Positions 12,888-22,131 of a DNA stretch of 64,000 nt are shown here, piece after piece. Under the pieces are notes generated by a model, which had not been told where the DNA came from, searched no databases, and saw only the letters and a program-made list of their open reading frames with translations. Position 1 is the stretch's first letter. Each line of letters opens with the position of its first letter. The DNA is from Escherichia coli. GTDB lineage: Bacteria; Pseudomonadota; Gammaproteobacteria; Enterobacterales; Enterobacteriaceae. The DNA lies in assembly GCF_003018235.1 (NCBI RefSeq), contig NZ_CP027437.1; one strand, 5' to 3'. Made by a program: the position numbers and the translations under genes.

Positions 12888-14262
12888 CAGCCACACTGTT
12901 GACGACGGACTTTATCTGTTCGTCGGTGCCTGCACGGTTTCAGCCCCCGGAAGGGCTGCGTTCGGGGCTTCACCCCGTTCCCCGGCCTCAGGGTCGCGAT
13001 GCGTTTTCTGCTGCATGACCGTTCAGAACCTCCGTTGATACTCGTCACTCATTACCGTTCGGGCCTTCGGGTGTCATGCCCTACTATGCCCTCTGCTGAC
13101 TCCTGTCCGCCGGTCAGCGCCCCTTACGGTACGCTCAGTTCTGGATACAGAACGACGGACAGGCCTCCCGGGGTAAGTTCAGCTGCCTTCACCACACACC
13201 TGTCCGATTTACCACCCCGGTTCTTGATGGTTATGGCCTTCGCAATTCTTTGCTTGCTCCGCCAACCGGGTAGGCCTCGTATCGGATTTCTGTTCGTCAG
13301 GTCATGGATTTGCTTCACGCTTCCTTCAGACCCCGCTTCACGACGACGCCCTTGCGCTTCGCTAGTCCTTCGCTACCATCAGGCTGGACAGGGGACTTTC
13401 ACCCCCGAGCTGCTGAACATGCCCGGCACACAAAGAAAGCCCCTCCGGAGAGGGGCTGGTATGCGCAATGTTCCATCATCTGCATGGTGCCGGGTGCCTC
13501 CCGGTGAGTCCGGCATCAGCATCCGAACCCGCAATATTGCCCAAATAAAGCTAAAGGATGATTGTGACCTGCTGATTTGCCCCTCCGCACAGGGGGATTC
13601 ACCATGCAGACATTTTCTTAGCAAAATCACTGCGTGCCAGGCAACTCCCAACTACATAAAATGTGGAGTTTGTGGCATTTATGCACATAACTCACAGGAA
13701 TTATCTTAAAAAAGCTGACAGGGCTTCCCCGGCAACGTAATACCATCATTCCCTGAAATGACATCCCCGTATTATCGACAGGCTCAAAAAGGAGCCAGTC
13801 ATCTGAGGATGACTGGAAAAAGGAAAGATAAAAAATTATTCATCATACAACCTTCGTTGCAAGGGAGAATCCTGCGGTGCAGCAACATACAAAAACATAA
13901 GCCAACTAACAATATGCAGGCATAGCATTTTCGGATTTTGTTATATGGCACGGCAACTGAATGCTCACCTGATATACAGTCCGGTATAAAATTGCAAAAA
14001 AAAACGCCAGTTAAGGCGGCATTTAAACAGATAACAGGATTTTTTCGTAATTTCAACAACGTCGGGGTGGCGCATCGTCAGTCCCTGTCAGGAAGTACCA
14101 GCACTCCCACCAACAATGCACCACCCCATTCAGCGTTGTAAAACACGGCACAGGAACTATCAATGTTTTCTGTTACAGTTCGGGAAAAACGATAAACACG
14201 CCACGGGCTCTTTTTGCTGTGAATTAAAAACGGTCCTGAAAGCCGGCTCATCATTTTTTACT

Positions 14263-14339
14263 GGACCGTCACCGGGGACTCGAACCCCGCACTCTCAACA
14301 TAAAAGGTTGATGCTCTTTCCTGATGAGCTAGTGACGGC
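14263..14339 (-). tRNA. phage-encoded tRNA, anticodon read as UUU (Lys-type loop CUUUUAU); identity uncertain
   Basis: 77-nt cloverleaf with 7-bp acceptor stem CCGTCAC/GTGACGG, T-arm CGGGG-TTCGAGT-CCCCG, CCA end. Confidence 0.55.
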
Positions 14340-14340
14340 A

Positions 14341-14416
14341 TGGTGGCCCTTGCTGGATTTGAACCAGCGACCTGGCGGTTATGAGCCGCTCGCTCTCACC
14401 ACTGAGCTAAAGGGCC
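14341..14416 (-). tRNA. phage-encoded tRNA with CAU anticodon, ileX/ileZ-like (tRNA-Ile2 or Met)
   Basis: 76 nt GGCCCTTTAGCTCAGTGG...CTCATAA...GGTTCAAATCC...CCACCA; close to E. coli ileX as I recall it. Confidence 0.8.
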
Positions 14417-14535
14417 GCGCGCAGAATAATAACGTTACGGAATTAATACTGCAATATCTTCAGAAGGCCTGATTAAATGCTGTTCTTCACTTGTCCACCA
14501 GTGTGTTTACTGTACTGCACCAAGTTTACAGGTAC

Positions 14536-14563
14536 AAAAAACCCGCTCAGCGGCGGGTTCTTA
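14536..14563 (-). terminator. intrinsic terminator downstream of Q (tR'-like)
   Basis: minus-strand hairpin AACCCGCCGCTGAGCGGGTT followed by TTTTTT. Confidence 0.5.
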
Positions 14564-14595
14564 AATCTTATCAACGGTAGACATACAAAGCCCAT

Positions 14596-14624
14596 CGTTG
14601 GGAAAATCTTATCCATATTTTTTG
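14596..14624 (-). promoter_or_regulatory. putative late promoter PR' (sigma70-like)
   Basis: minus-strand TTGCAT - 17 bp - TAAGAT between Q stop and the terminator. Confidence 0.35.
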
Positions 14625-14665
14625 AAAAATGCAAGCATAATGTCGTCATCTTCGGCGAAAACCAT

Positions 14666-15418
14666 TTATCTTGTCACCTTTCTCAATTGTATCTCTGCAT
14701 ATGCTTCTTCCTGCCAGCACTTTGTAACCAGTTTATCAATGACATCTGCATATCCTTTGTACCACTGATAATCCGTCAGGTCTGGTACCAGATTCTGGAC
14801 ATGATGCCGCGCCAGTGTGGTTGGTAAACGGCTAAACCGGTTTCCATTGCAACGCCCACAAATCTTATAAACCGGCGTGCCATGAAGCCGGGTTCTTTTT
14901 TCATCCAGGACAATACCTTTACCCTTACACCCTCTGCACGCTGTGCTGACTTCTCCCTTACCATGGCAATGCTGACATAGTTTCTTCACCCACTCTTCCT
15001 TGATAACAGATTCCCCGCTTCTGGAGTGTTTCACCACTTCGCGCAATACATTATGAAATCCAGTACCAGCACAATGCTCACAGCGAGCCTTACTTGCCGC
15101 AGACCTGGAATAATCAGCAAAGGCAAAATTCACAAGGTAAGGGATAATCTGTAACCGGGTTTCTTCACTCAATTTATTCAATGTCGGGTTATCCAGTGCC
15201 ATCGCGTAATTGAGCAGACCTTCAATCGCAAACTGAGGATCCTGAACGCCAACTTTTGCCAGGAATAAGGCAAAACCAAGCGGTGCTTTCGACTGCACCA
15301 TCCCCTGCGCAGCCATTACATCCGTAATTGTTAAACCACCAGAGCCTGTCGCCGGTGCGTCATCGCTCAATTTTGGAGATTTTGGGGAGTAATATTTCGG
15401 TAAGGCTTCAAGGTTCAT
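14666..15418 (-). CDS. antitermination protein Q (QuuQ-like, 250 aa)
   Basis: multiple C-x2-C zinc-binding pairs; size and position (after DUF968, before late promoter) as in Qin prophage. Confidence 0.75.
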   Translation of the reverse strand: MNLEALPKYYSPKSPKLSDDAPATGSGGLTITDVMAAQGMVQSKAPLGFALFLAKVGVQDPQFAIEGLLNYAMALDNPTLNKLSEETRLQIIPYLVNFAFADYSRSAASKARCEHCAGTGFHNVLREVVKHSRSGESVIKEEWVKKLCQHCHGKGEVSTACRGCKGKGIVLDEKRTRLHGTPVYKICGRCNGNRFSRLPTTLARHHVQNLVPDLTDYQWYKGYADVIDKLVTKCWQEEAYAEIQLRKVTR

Positions 15419-15431
15419 GCTCGTTCTCCAC

Positions 15432-16427
15432 TTACGCCAGTACGCCTATTGCCAGCGCACGATCGATAAAACGAAATATCAGCTCCAGCTGGGAGCCATA
15501 CTTCTCTTCAAATGCCACGGTATCCGCATGCAGCTCGTCGTGATGCTTTCTGCACAAAGGCAACACAAAGAGGTCATGCGCTTTTGTTCCCATTCCACCC
15601 TGACCGTGACCTATCAGGTGGTGGGGATCATCAGCAGGCTTTCCACAACATGCACACGGCTGTGTCTTAACCCAGCGCGTGTACTTTTCATTAACCCAGC
15701 GGCGACGTTTTGGGCGTAACATAAAAGACTCCGGCGACTCCGGATCCACTTTCAGCGCCAGCACCTTTTTCGCCTTATCCTGGATGATGCTGGTGGCAGG
15801 AACCGAAGGCACAAGGTCACTTTCCCGGGTGACAGACTGCACAACAGGCTTCGGTAATCTCAGTGCCTTACGGGCTGCACTTTCCGGTAAGGCATCCGCC
15901 AGGTCATTACGAATCAGCCACCAGCACAGTTCCGGCATTGTCACAACGTGACTGTCATCAAAACCGAGATCTCGACGCACAACAGACAACACCCAGCGGG
16001 CACAGTTATCCGTTGCCATTGATTCCAGCCGTTCCGTGAACTGATCGCGCAGCTGGTTATCGCAGTGCCAGCACAGACGGATTGCGCCCGGAGCGTGTCG
16101 CATTGTTATCATGTTTTCGCTGTGCCAGTCGGAATGAGACCACTGGCAGCCTTTTTCACGAAGTAACCAGCTTTCAAGACATTCCACGCCACCAGCACGA
16201 CGGATCACTGCCTCATTGCGGAACACGGCCCGAACGGCAGGATCATCCGCCAGCGGTTGTGATGCCGCCGGAACGGCACCACTGGCGAAAGATGAATAAC
16301 GTTCCGGCTCAGGCTCCAGCAGGACACGCCCCTGCATAAACAAGGGCATCAGCTCTGAACCTGGTCTGAACAATACGATCCCCATACGCGGGGCAATTTC
16401 AGGGGTCAGTAGTGCTCTCACGGTCAC
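15432..16427 (-). CDS. DUF968 family protein with C-terminal HNH-like motif (YdfU-like)
   Basis: CACCGK...HHLIGHGQGGMGTKAHDLFVLPLCRKHHDELH; adjacent to Q as in Qin; start may be ATG 16385. Confidence 0.65.
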   Translation of the reverse strand: MTVRALLTPEIAPRMGIVLFRPGSELMPLFMQGRVLLEPEPERYSSFASGAVPAASQPLADDPAVRAVFRNEAVIRRAGGVECLESWLLREKGCQWSHSDWHSENMITMRHAPGAIRLCWHCDNQLRDQFTERLESMATDNCARWVLSVVRRDLGFDDSHVVTMPELCWWLIRNDLADALPESAARKALRLPKPVVQSVTRESDLVPSVPATSIIQDKAKKVLALKVDPESPESFMLRPKRRRWVNEKYTRWVKTQPCACCGKPADDPHHLIGHGQGGMGTKAHDLFVLPLCRKHHDELHADTVAFEEKYGSQLELIFRFIDRALAIGVLA

Positions 16428-16428
16428 C

Positions 16429-17244
16429 TCAATGAACGGTATCGAGCAGCTTTAACAGCTCAGGGAATCGGGATTCGAAGAAATGCGGCTGCGTCTCGCG
16501 CGGATTTGCAGGACTGGTGATGTTCTTGCCGAACATGCAGCCTTTCGCCGTCAGCGACCAGAATTTTTTGATGTTGTTAATCGCGGTACGGCTGTATCGT
16601 TCGCGTTGTTCAACGATCCCCAGCTTCGCCATCTGGTGATATGCCTGATTAGCCGTCAGGCGGATACCATACTGCTTCAGCAGTGCACTCAGCGACAGCG
16701 TAGGGCGGCTTGAACCATCTGGCGCATCAGCAGGTGCATCAATGGCATAGATCGGCATAAGTTCAGGAAGACCAGCTACCTTTGATAATTTCTGGTATGC
16801 ACCAAGTTTCGAGGAGTTTGACAGATTTAGAGTCTTTGCTGCTGATTCAAGCAGAATGACCCCGGATTTAATTTTGTCGGATGTGGTTTCTTCTGGTGAT
16901 GAATTATGAAGCGCATCAAAAGTACGTATCACTTTTAAGCTGAATGCCGGGCTGATCCACATTGCATATGCATAGACCAGCTCTTTACAGACATACGTCC
17001 CACCATTGCGCCCCTGAATGGTGATGACAGGAATACTACGGGAATCTCCCGTAGTTTCTTCTTCCAGTAATTCCACAAGAGCCTTCGTTTCAGGACGACG
17101 CATAAACTCGTGAACTTCCAGCGAACGGGAGGAGCGATTCTCACCAGCGGCAAGAAGAGCAGCTTTCTGAAGGTCGTTAAGACAGTAGTTAGATTCGAAG
17201 TACTGGCGCACAGAAACGCCATCAATTACAAGCAACTGATTCAT
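16429..17244 (-). CDS. KilA-N domain protein
   Basis: N-terminal KilA-N signature (LLVIDGVSVRQYF...GTYVCKELVYAYAMWISPAF); GGAGAAA RBS. Confidence 0.7.
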   Translation of the reverse strand: MNQLLVIDGVSVRQYFESNYCLNDLQKAALLAAGENRSSRSLEVHEFMRRPETKALVELLEEETTGDSRSIPVITIQGRNGGTYVCKELVYAYAMWISPAFSLKVIRTFDALHNSSPEETTSDKIKSGVILLESAAKTLNLSNSSKLGAYQKLSKVAGLPELMPIYAIDAPADAPDGSSRPTLSLSALLKQYGIRLTANQAYHQMAKLGIVEQRERYSRTAINNIKKFWSLTAKGCMFGKNITSPANPRETQPHFFESRFPELLKLLDTVH

Positions 17245-17406
17245 TGGTTTCTCCACAAATTTTTATCCACGAGCGGGACTGCACTCCCTTTTCGTTGATG
17301 CAGGATGAACTTACTGCGATTTTTAATAGTTATCAAGGGTACACTGTTCATAAACACAGTATCTTTAACGAGGTAATACCCCAATTTAGGGTGTTGCTCA
17401 ATTCCG

Positions 17407-17802
17407 TTACCGAGTTGCTAATTTGCAACTCGCTTTTTCGTACTTACTGATAGTGATCTCGACCTTCCCTTCCGGGATAACCGGTCCCCACTCCACCAGC
17501 ATTCTTTTCACCTGACTGTCGTCTTCCCACACACCCGCGTGGGTCAGGGCGTCAAACAGCGCCTTGTTATAGTTGTCCAGATCGCGGATCCGGTTATCCG
17601 GAGGAAACAACACGATCTCTACTGAAGCAGGTGCCGACGTTGGTTTCGGAATACGACGTAACTGCTCAACTATTGCTGCGCACGCCGCGCTCTGGAATTT
17701 GCGCCCCGCCGCGCTTATCAGGCTTTTACCAGCAAACGCCCCTTTGTTAGGGTGTCGCCAGTACGTATTCACGCTGGGCGGGAAAGGCAAGATCAGCTTC
17801 AT
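17407..17802 (-). CDS. rusA: Holliday junction resolvase RusA
   Basis: LILPFPPSVNTYW...DLDNYNKALFDALTHAGVWEDD signature; ATGA overlap with upstream gene. Confidence 0.9.
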   Translation of the reverse strand: MKLILPFPPSVNTYWRHPNKGAFAGKSLISAAGRKFQSAACAAIVEQLRRIPKPTSAPASVEIVLFPPDNRIRDLDNYNKALFDALTHAGVWEDDSQVKRMLVEWGPVIPEGKVEITISKYEKASCKLATR

Positions 17803-18125
17803 ACTTTCAGGCCCCTCTCATGTAACCAGTGGGCTGCACGCAGCCTGGCGTTTTCCTCACCGGCAAGCAGTGAGCGGATAATCCCGACCGCCTCGCTGTC
17901 GTCGTCCTTCACCGCAGTATGAAGCGTGATACCCCGGGCCACGCCACGCTTTATCGTGATGACGCCTTTTTTCTCCAGCGCGCGAAGATGCTCCACCACT
18001 GCATTCACCGAACGGTATCCCAGCATGGTTGCCACCTCCTGATTGGTTGGCGGGAAGCCACGTTCTTTCTGATAAGAAATCAGCATATCCAGCACCTGCT
18101 GCTGGCATTGAGTTAACGTCGTCAT
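17799..18125 (-). CDS. LexA-type winged-helix DNA-binding protein (no peptidase domain)
   Basis: LTQCQQQVLDMLISYQKERGFPPTNQEVATMLGYRSVNAVVEHLRALEKKGVI resembles LexA N-domain. Confidence 0.55.
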   Translation of the reverse strand: MTTLTQCQQQVLDMLISYQKERGFPPTNQEVATMLGYRSVNAVVEHLRALEKKGVITIKRGVARGITLHTAVKDDDSEAVGIIRSLLAGEENARLRAAHWLHERGLKV

Positions 18126-18607
18126 TAAGCCCCCACGTAATTCCCTGACAGATACCACTCTTCACCCGATGCAGCGCTCTTACTGCTTTTCCGTAAGCAC
18201 CGCTCACGACGCGCCAGAAAATTGTTTCGTTCTGACTGGGAGTGGCTTTCACGGAATGCCGCCATCCACACGGTTGCAGCACGACGGTATAAGCCCCTCG
18301 ACTCCAGTTCTTCAGCCTGGCGGGTCAGGCACAAAATCACCCGGGGGTCGTTAGTGCCGACATAGCAATTACGCACAGGTCTGGTTTCACAAACTGGTTC
18401 CGGCTCCTGCGCTCTCTCAGTCAGGCGCGGGAAATGTCTGCGTGTATATCCTTCGCAACGGTGATCCACACGCCCACTCTGACGTAACTTGCTTGCTGAC
18501 TGCAGAACGCGCTGCCGTGAGTAACCTGCAAAAGCATCCGCAATGTCTCCGGAAGTACACCCCGGATGGGCTTCAATGAATTTCTGAACGTCATTTAACA
18601 GACTCAT
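18125..18607 (-). CDS. PerC-like transcriptional regulator with N-terminal extension
   Basis: LESRGLYRRAATVWMAAF resembles PerC family core motif; assignment from memory only. Confidence 0.4.
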   Translation of the reverse strand: MSLLNDVQKFIEAHPGCTSGDIADAFAGYSRQRVLQSASKLRQSGRVDHRCEGYTRRHFPRLTERAQEPEPVCETRPVRNCYVGTNDPRVILCLTRQAEELESRGLYRRAATVWMAAFRESHSQSERNNFLARRERCLRKSSKSAASGEEWYLSGNYVGA

Positions 18608-18609
18608 GA

Positions 18610-19428
18610 TCACCCCCTGAATCCTGCCGGGATCTGGCTGTAATCCACGTTGTCGTAACTGGATTTGAAGTACGGGTCCTCACGTCTGGCTGCAGATACC
18701 GCAGGAACTTCCCAGGATTCTTCGAAATGACGATCCGGACCAAAGAACGTGACAGCCTGTTTCACAAATTGTGTGCCGCTGTTACCCATCGCAGATACCC
18801 AGCCCGCATAGCGTTTCACACCTTCCAGCATGGTTTCGGGGTTTACCCCCTCATTCAAACGGGCTTTCCAGGCTTTGAAGGCTGCAGATTTTGAATTGCC
18901 ACCAGCACGTTTGGGATATGCCAGCCATGCCTGCTCAAACTCCGGAGAGTATTCCGGTCGGTTTGAACGAACTCGCACGGACTCATCAACTGATGCACCA
19001 ACAGCTATTGGTTCATTGACTGATTCTTTGACTGGTTCAAAAGAGTGACTGGTTCTGGGTGAATCTCCTGCACTACCCCCTGGTGCAACTCCTGCACTAC
19101 CTGGTGAATTTGCTGCACCAGATAATGAATTATTTGCACTACCCCCTAGTGAATCTCCTGCACCATCCAGATGAAGGAGATAGATATTACTTGAGTTACC
19201 TTTTTCACCTTTCCGGGTGACTTTTTTTACCAGCCCGGACTCACAAAGGGCCGCAATATGATTCATCACAGAACGTTTGCTAATCTCGCACTGGTCAGCA
19301 ATATGCTGGTAGCTGGGCCAGCACTCACCCTGATCGCTGGCATTATCAGCCAGCTTGATCAGAACCAGTTTTCGCAATGGATTACCCACTCGAATTTTCA
19401 TCGCTTTAACCATCAGCTCCATACTCAT
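18610..19428 (-). CDS. replication initiator (lambda O-like N-terminal HTH domain, DnaT-like C-terminal domain)
   Basis: N-terminal wHTH; G/S/A-rich linker encoded by DNA repeats; C-terminus ...DNVDYSQIPAGFRG parallels host DnaT ...[13 protein letters not shown]. Confidence 0.7.
   Translation of the reverse strand: MSMELMVKAMKIRVGNPLRKLVLIKLADNASDQGECWPSYQHIADQCEISKRSVMNHIAALCESGLVKKVTRKGEKGNSSNIYLLHLDGAGDSLGGSANNSLSGAANSPGSAGVAPGGSAGDSPRTSHSFEPVKESVNEPIAVGASVDESVRVRSNRPEYSPEFEQAWLAYPKRAGGNSKSAAFKAWKARLNEGVNPETMLEGVKRYAGWVSAMGNSGTQFVKQAVTFFGPDRHFEESWEVPAVSAARREDPYFKSSYDNVDYSQIPAGFRG
19060..19165. repeat. iteron-like direct repeats inside the initiator gene (putative origin)
   Basis: five copies of a (C/T)TGCAC core at about 19067, 19092, 19113, 19135, 19159, spacing 21-25 bp. 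Confidence 0.45.
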
Positions 19429-19661
19429 GCTGCACCTCCGAGATGCTTCATGTTTTTTCCGGAGCAAAAGGCTATAAGCGGCATACTGATGCGGTAATTA
19501 CGGCCCAGCGGTTCACAAATCACCTTCTGACATTCACGGTCAACCAGGCTAACACGTAGAACATGCCCTGCAGGCGTGGTGTACCACTGCCCAACTGTAG
19601 GAATTGATGTTTTTTTACGCTGAAGCAAACGGCAAATATTGAGGATCAACGGATTAAGCAT
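19425..19661 (-). CDS. hypothetical protein (78 aa)
   Basis: ORF between initiator and upstream gene; no recognisable motif. Confidence 0.35.
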   Translation of the reverse strand: MLNPLILNICRLLQRKKTSIPTVGQWYTTPAGHVLRVSLVDRECQKVICEPLGRNYRISMPLIAFCSGKNMKHLGGAA

Positions 19662-20490
19662 GACGATGCCCTCCGTTGATATTCAGGAGACGGTGAATAT
19701 GAAAATTAGCCTTATCCGCCAAACGAATACGTTCAGCCTGCAAGTTAAGAAGTGTTTCTACCAGAACCTGATGCGCCTGCGGATCCGAAAGAGTTACCTT
19801 GCGCAGAGCACGTAGTGCAGTTGTTACATAACTGAGTTTATGTAAGTCTTCATCATTCAGACGAGTGAGGGCTGGGACAGTAGCCATGATGGCAGCCTCC
19901 TTGATCGGTGAAATACTTCCACCACCGGAAACGCCAATTTCGCTGGTGGTGAACTGAACGGGGTTGGCGTAACCGGTGATCAAGGAAACCGGCGCATCTT
20001 TCGATGCCCCCGCCCAGCCCACCATAACTTTGATGTGAGCAAATGCGGACGATAAAAAAGACGCTGGCGCGTCATATATCGCCTTGATCAATTCCAGGAC
20101 GCCAATCCCGGCACCCGCTTTATAAGGTGCCTGAACAGTGTAACGTCCCGGAATGGCAGAATCAATGTGCTGGTGGTCCTTCACACTCAACAAAATCACG
20201 CCTGAATTTCCACAAAGGACTAAAGCACTCATGCGGGTAGTCTTTGCGAAGATAGATAACGCGCTGTGTTTCTGGCTCCCAACGAATAACATGGACATAA
20301 AGCCCTCTTCCGTCACGAAACCAGCGGTTAAGTTCCTGCACAACTCGCCCCCCACAGTCAGGTAAAGTTCTCTGTGGTTACTTACAGCCAGGTGATTTGG
20401 TAATCTGCATTCATGCCGTAACAACAGGTGTTCAGCGACGCTGACCACCAGCTGTTGCGACAAACGGTTATTTGCCGTTAAACTGTTCAT
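19654..20490 (-). CDS. hypothetical protein (278 aa)
   Basis: long coherent ORF in early-right operon; family not recognised. Confidence 0.5.
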   Translation of the reverse strand: MNSLTANNRLSQQLVVSVAEHLLLRHECRLPNHLAVSNHRELYLTVGGELCRNLTAGFVTEEGFMSMLFVGSQKHSALSIFAKTTRMSALVLCGNSGVILLSVKDHQHIDSAIPGRYTVQAPYKAGAGIGVLELIKAIYDAPASFLSSAFAHIKVMVGWAGASKDAPVSLITGYANPVQFTTSEIGVSGGGSISPIKEAAIMATVPALTRLNDEDLHKLSYVTTALRALRKVTLSDPQAHQVLVETLLNLQAERIRLADKANFHIHRLLNINGGHRHA

Positions 20491-21038
20491 GCGTTAGTTT
20501 CTCCACAGACACAAAACGCCACGACGCCCGGAGCTGCACACTCGCGGGCGTCACTACTTTCTGAAACGCAAAAGATTTTGTAGACCAGTGCTGCATGCTC
20601 CTGGAGCTTCGAAATTGACAGATACAACTCATCATTAATTGCTGTCTGCTCGTGTGGCTCCACTACCCCATCTTCGATTGCCGAACGAATCTGCTTTGAG
20701 TAACTCCCGATCTGTTCGATGACTTCCAGCAGGCGCTGGTTTATATCGGCGTTCTCTACTTCCTCAATTTCAGGAAGCGATACAAACACCCCACCTGCAG
20801 ACTGTGCGACAGCATCCGCAATGTAGTGAGTGCCAGCCGCGCGCTGTAAAATCATTGCCCATCCCAGCGGGAAAATCTGATCGCCATCTGCACGAAGGCG
20901 GTTGAATAAAGCGTTCTCTGTTACATCCAGCCACTCAGCAGCTTCAGCGTAACCCCCCGGCAACGCCGCGATAGTTTTTCTGACAGCTTTCACGTACCAC
21001 TCAGGCTGTTTTTCTACTTTCCAGTGATGCTTACCCAC
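20487..21038 (-). CDS. YdaT-like / CII-analogue protein (start uncertain; ORF extends to 21143)
   Basis: directly downstream of cro-like gene; AAGGAG RBS then GTG at 21038. Confidence 0.35.
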   Translation of the reverse strand: MGKHHWKVEKQPEWYVKAVRKTIAALPGGYAEAAEWLDVTENALFNRLRADGDQIFPLGWAMILQRAAGTHYIADAVAQSAGGVFVSLPEIEEVENADINQRLLEVIEQIGSYSKQIRSAIEDGVVEPHEQTAINDELYLSISKLQEHAALVYKIFCVSESSDARECAAPGVVAFCVCGETNA

Positions 21039-21060
21039 GGCTATCTCCTTAAAACTGTGG

Positions 21061-21309
21061 TTACTTTTCATCTGATGAGTCTTTAATCTTTTGAAAAATA
21101 TCTGGACGTAATTTTTCTTTTGATACGCCAGTGGTCTTTTCAATGAAAATCGAGAGCTTTGCAGGGGGACGCTTTTCTCTGTTCAACCAGTTCCAGACAT
21201 GTTGTTGCTTTACTAAATGACCGCTGCTGGCTGTGAGCTTCCGAGCCAATTCTGATTGACCACCAGCCAGAGCGATTGCCTCCGATAAGGCTAATTGCTC
21301 AGGTGTCAT
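21061..21309 (-). CDS. Cro-like HTH repressor (YdaS family)
   Basis: LAGGQSELARKL...VKQQHVWNW...EKTTGVSKEKLRPDIF; AGGAGA RBS; divergent from cI. Confidence 0.7.
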   Translation of the reverse strand: MTPEQLALSEAIALAGGQSELARKLTASSGHLVKQQHVWNWLNREKRPPAKLSIFIEKTTGVSKEKLRPDIFQKIKDSSDEK

Positions 21310-21324
21310 AGCTTTCTCCTTTTT

Positions 21325-21420
21325 CGGTAGTTAAGTTGTTACGAGATGCAAGAATACAACATTAACAACTTTTATCACAACTTTTAGGTGTTGGAAAGCT
21401 AAAACATAAAGTTGTAACCT
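21325..21420. promoter_or_regulatory. OR-like operator/promoter region between cro and cI
   Basis: repeated AAGTTGT / ACAACTT half-sites and ACAACTTTTAGGTGTTGG motif. Confidence 0.5.
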
Positions 21421-21444
21421 CATCAGAAAAGAGAGGGATATGTT

Positions 21445-22131
21445 GTGAAAACACTGGCAGAACGATTAAAGATAGGTAGAGAGAAAGCTGGCATGAGCCA
21501 AGCTCAACTAGCTGAAAAAATTGGACTTTCACAACAATCTGTAGCCAAAATAGAGAATGGAGAAACTCTACAACCGCGCAAAATTAAAGAAATTGCAAAA
21601 ATTTTAGGTGTATCACAAAAGTGGTTACAACTTGGTATTGAAGACAACGCATCCATACCTGATCTTGTTGTAAAAGAAGCAGAAAGCACCGCATTAGACC
21701 CCGATATTTTCGTAAACATTCCTGTTTTAGATGTCGAGTTATCGGCTGGTAACGGATGTCTGGCTGAAATAGTTGAATCAGCTATTGACTGGTTTCCGTT
21801 AAGAAGAGCAGATTTGAGAAAATCTGGCGTATGTGCATCTAATGCCAAGATCGTAAAAATCTGGGGGAACAGTTTATTACCGGTTCTCAATAATGGAGAT
21901 CTTGTTGCCGTTGATATTTCTCAAACCGTTCCTATTCGTGATGGCGATCTTTATGCCGTACGAGATGGTGTATTGCTAAGGGTTAAAATACTTATCAACT
22001 TACCTGACGGTGGCTTGATTCTTAGAAGCTTCAACAAAGATGAGTACCCAGATGAAATACTCACCTTTGAGGATAGACGAGCCAGAATTCATGTTATAGG
22101 TAGGGTATTCTGGTCATCGCGAACTTGGTAA
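21445..22131 (+). CDS. CI-type repressor (HTH_XRE plus S24 LexA-like peptidase domain)
   Basis: N-terminal HTH MSQAQLAEKIGLSQQSVAKIENGE; C-terminal GNSLLP ... RVK; GTG start after GAGAGGG RBS. Confidence 0.85.
   Translation: MKTLAERLKIGREKAGMSQAQLAEKIGLSQQSVAKIENGETLQPRKIKEIAKILGVSQKWLQLGIEDNASIPDLVVKEAESTALDPDIFVNIPVLDVELSAGNGCLAEIVESAIDWFPLRRADLRKSGVCASNAKIVKIWGNSLLPVLNNGDLVAVDISQTVPIRDGDLYAVRDGVLLRVKILINLPDGGLILRSFNKDEYPDEILTFEDRRARIHVIGRVFWSSRTW

Noticed and set aside
12999-13709. 236-aa + strand ORF and neighbouring ORFs in 12900-13700
   Set aside because: Lie in GC-rich presumed intron RNA domains I-III; P/R/S-rich junk translation, no RBS.
14263-14339. Calling the first phage tRNA tRNA-Arg as in Stx phages
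   Set aside because: The anticodon loop reads CUUUUAU (UUU), not UCU or CCU; identity left open.
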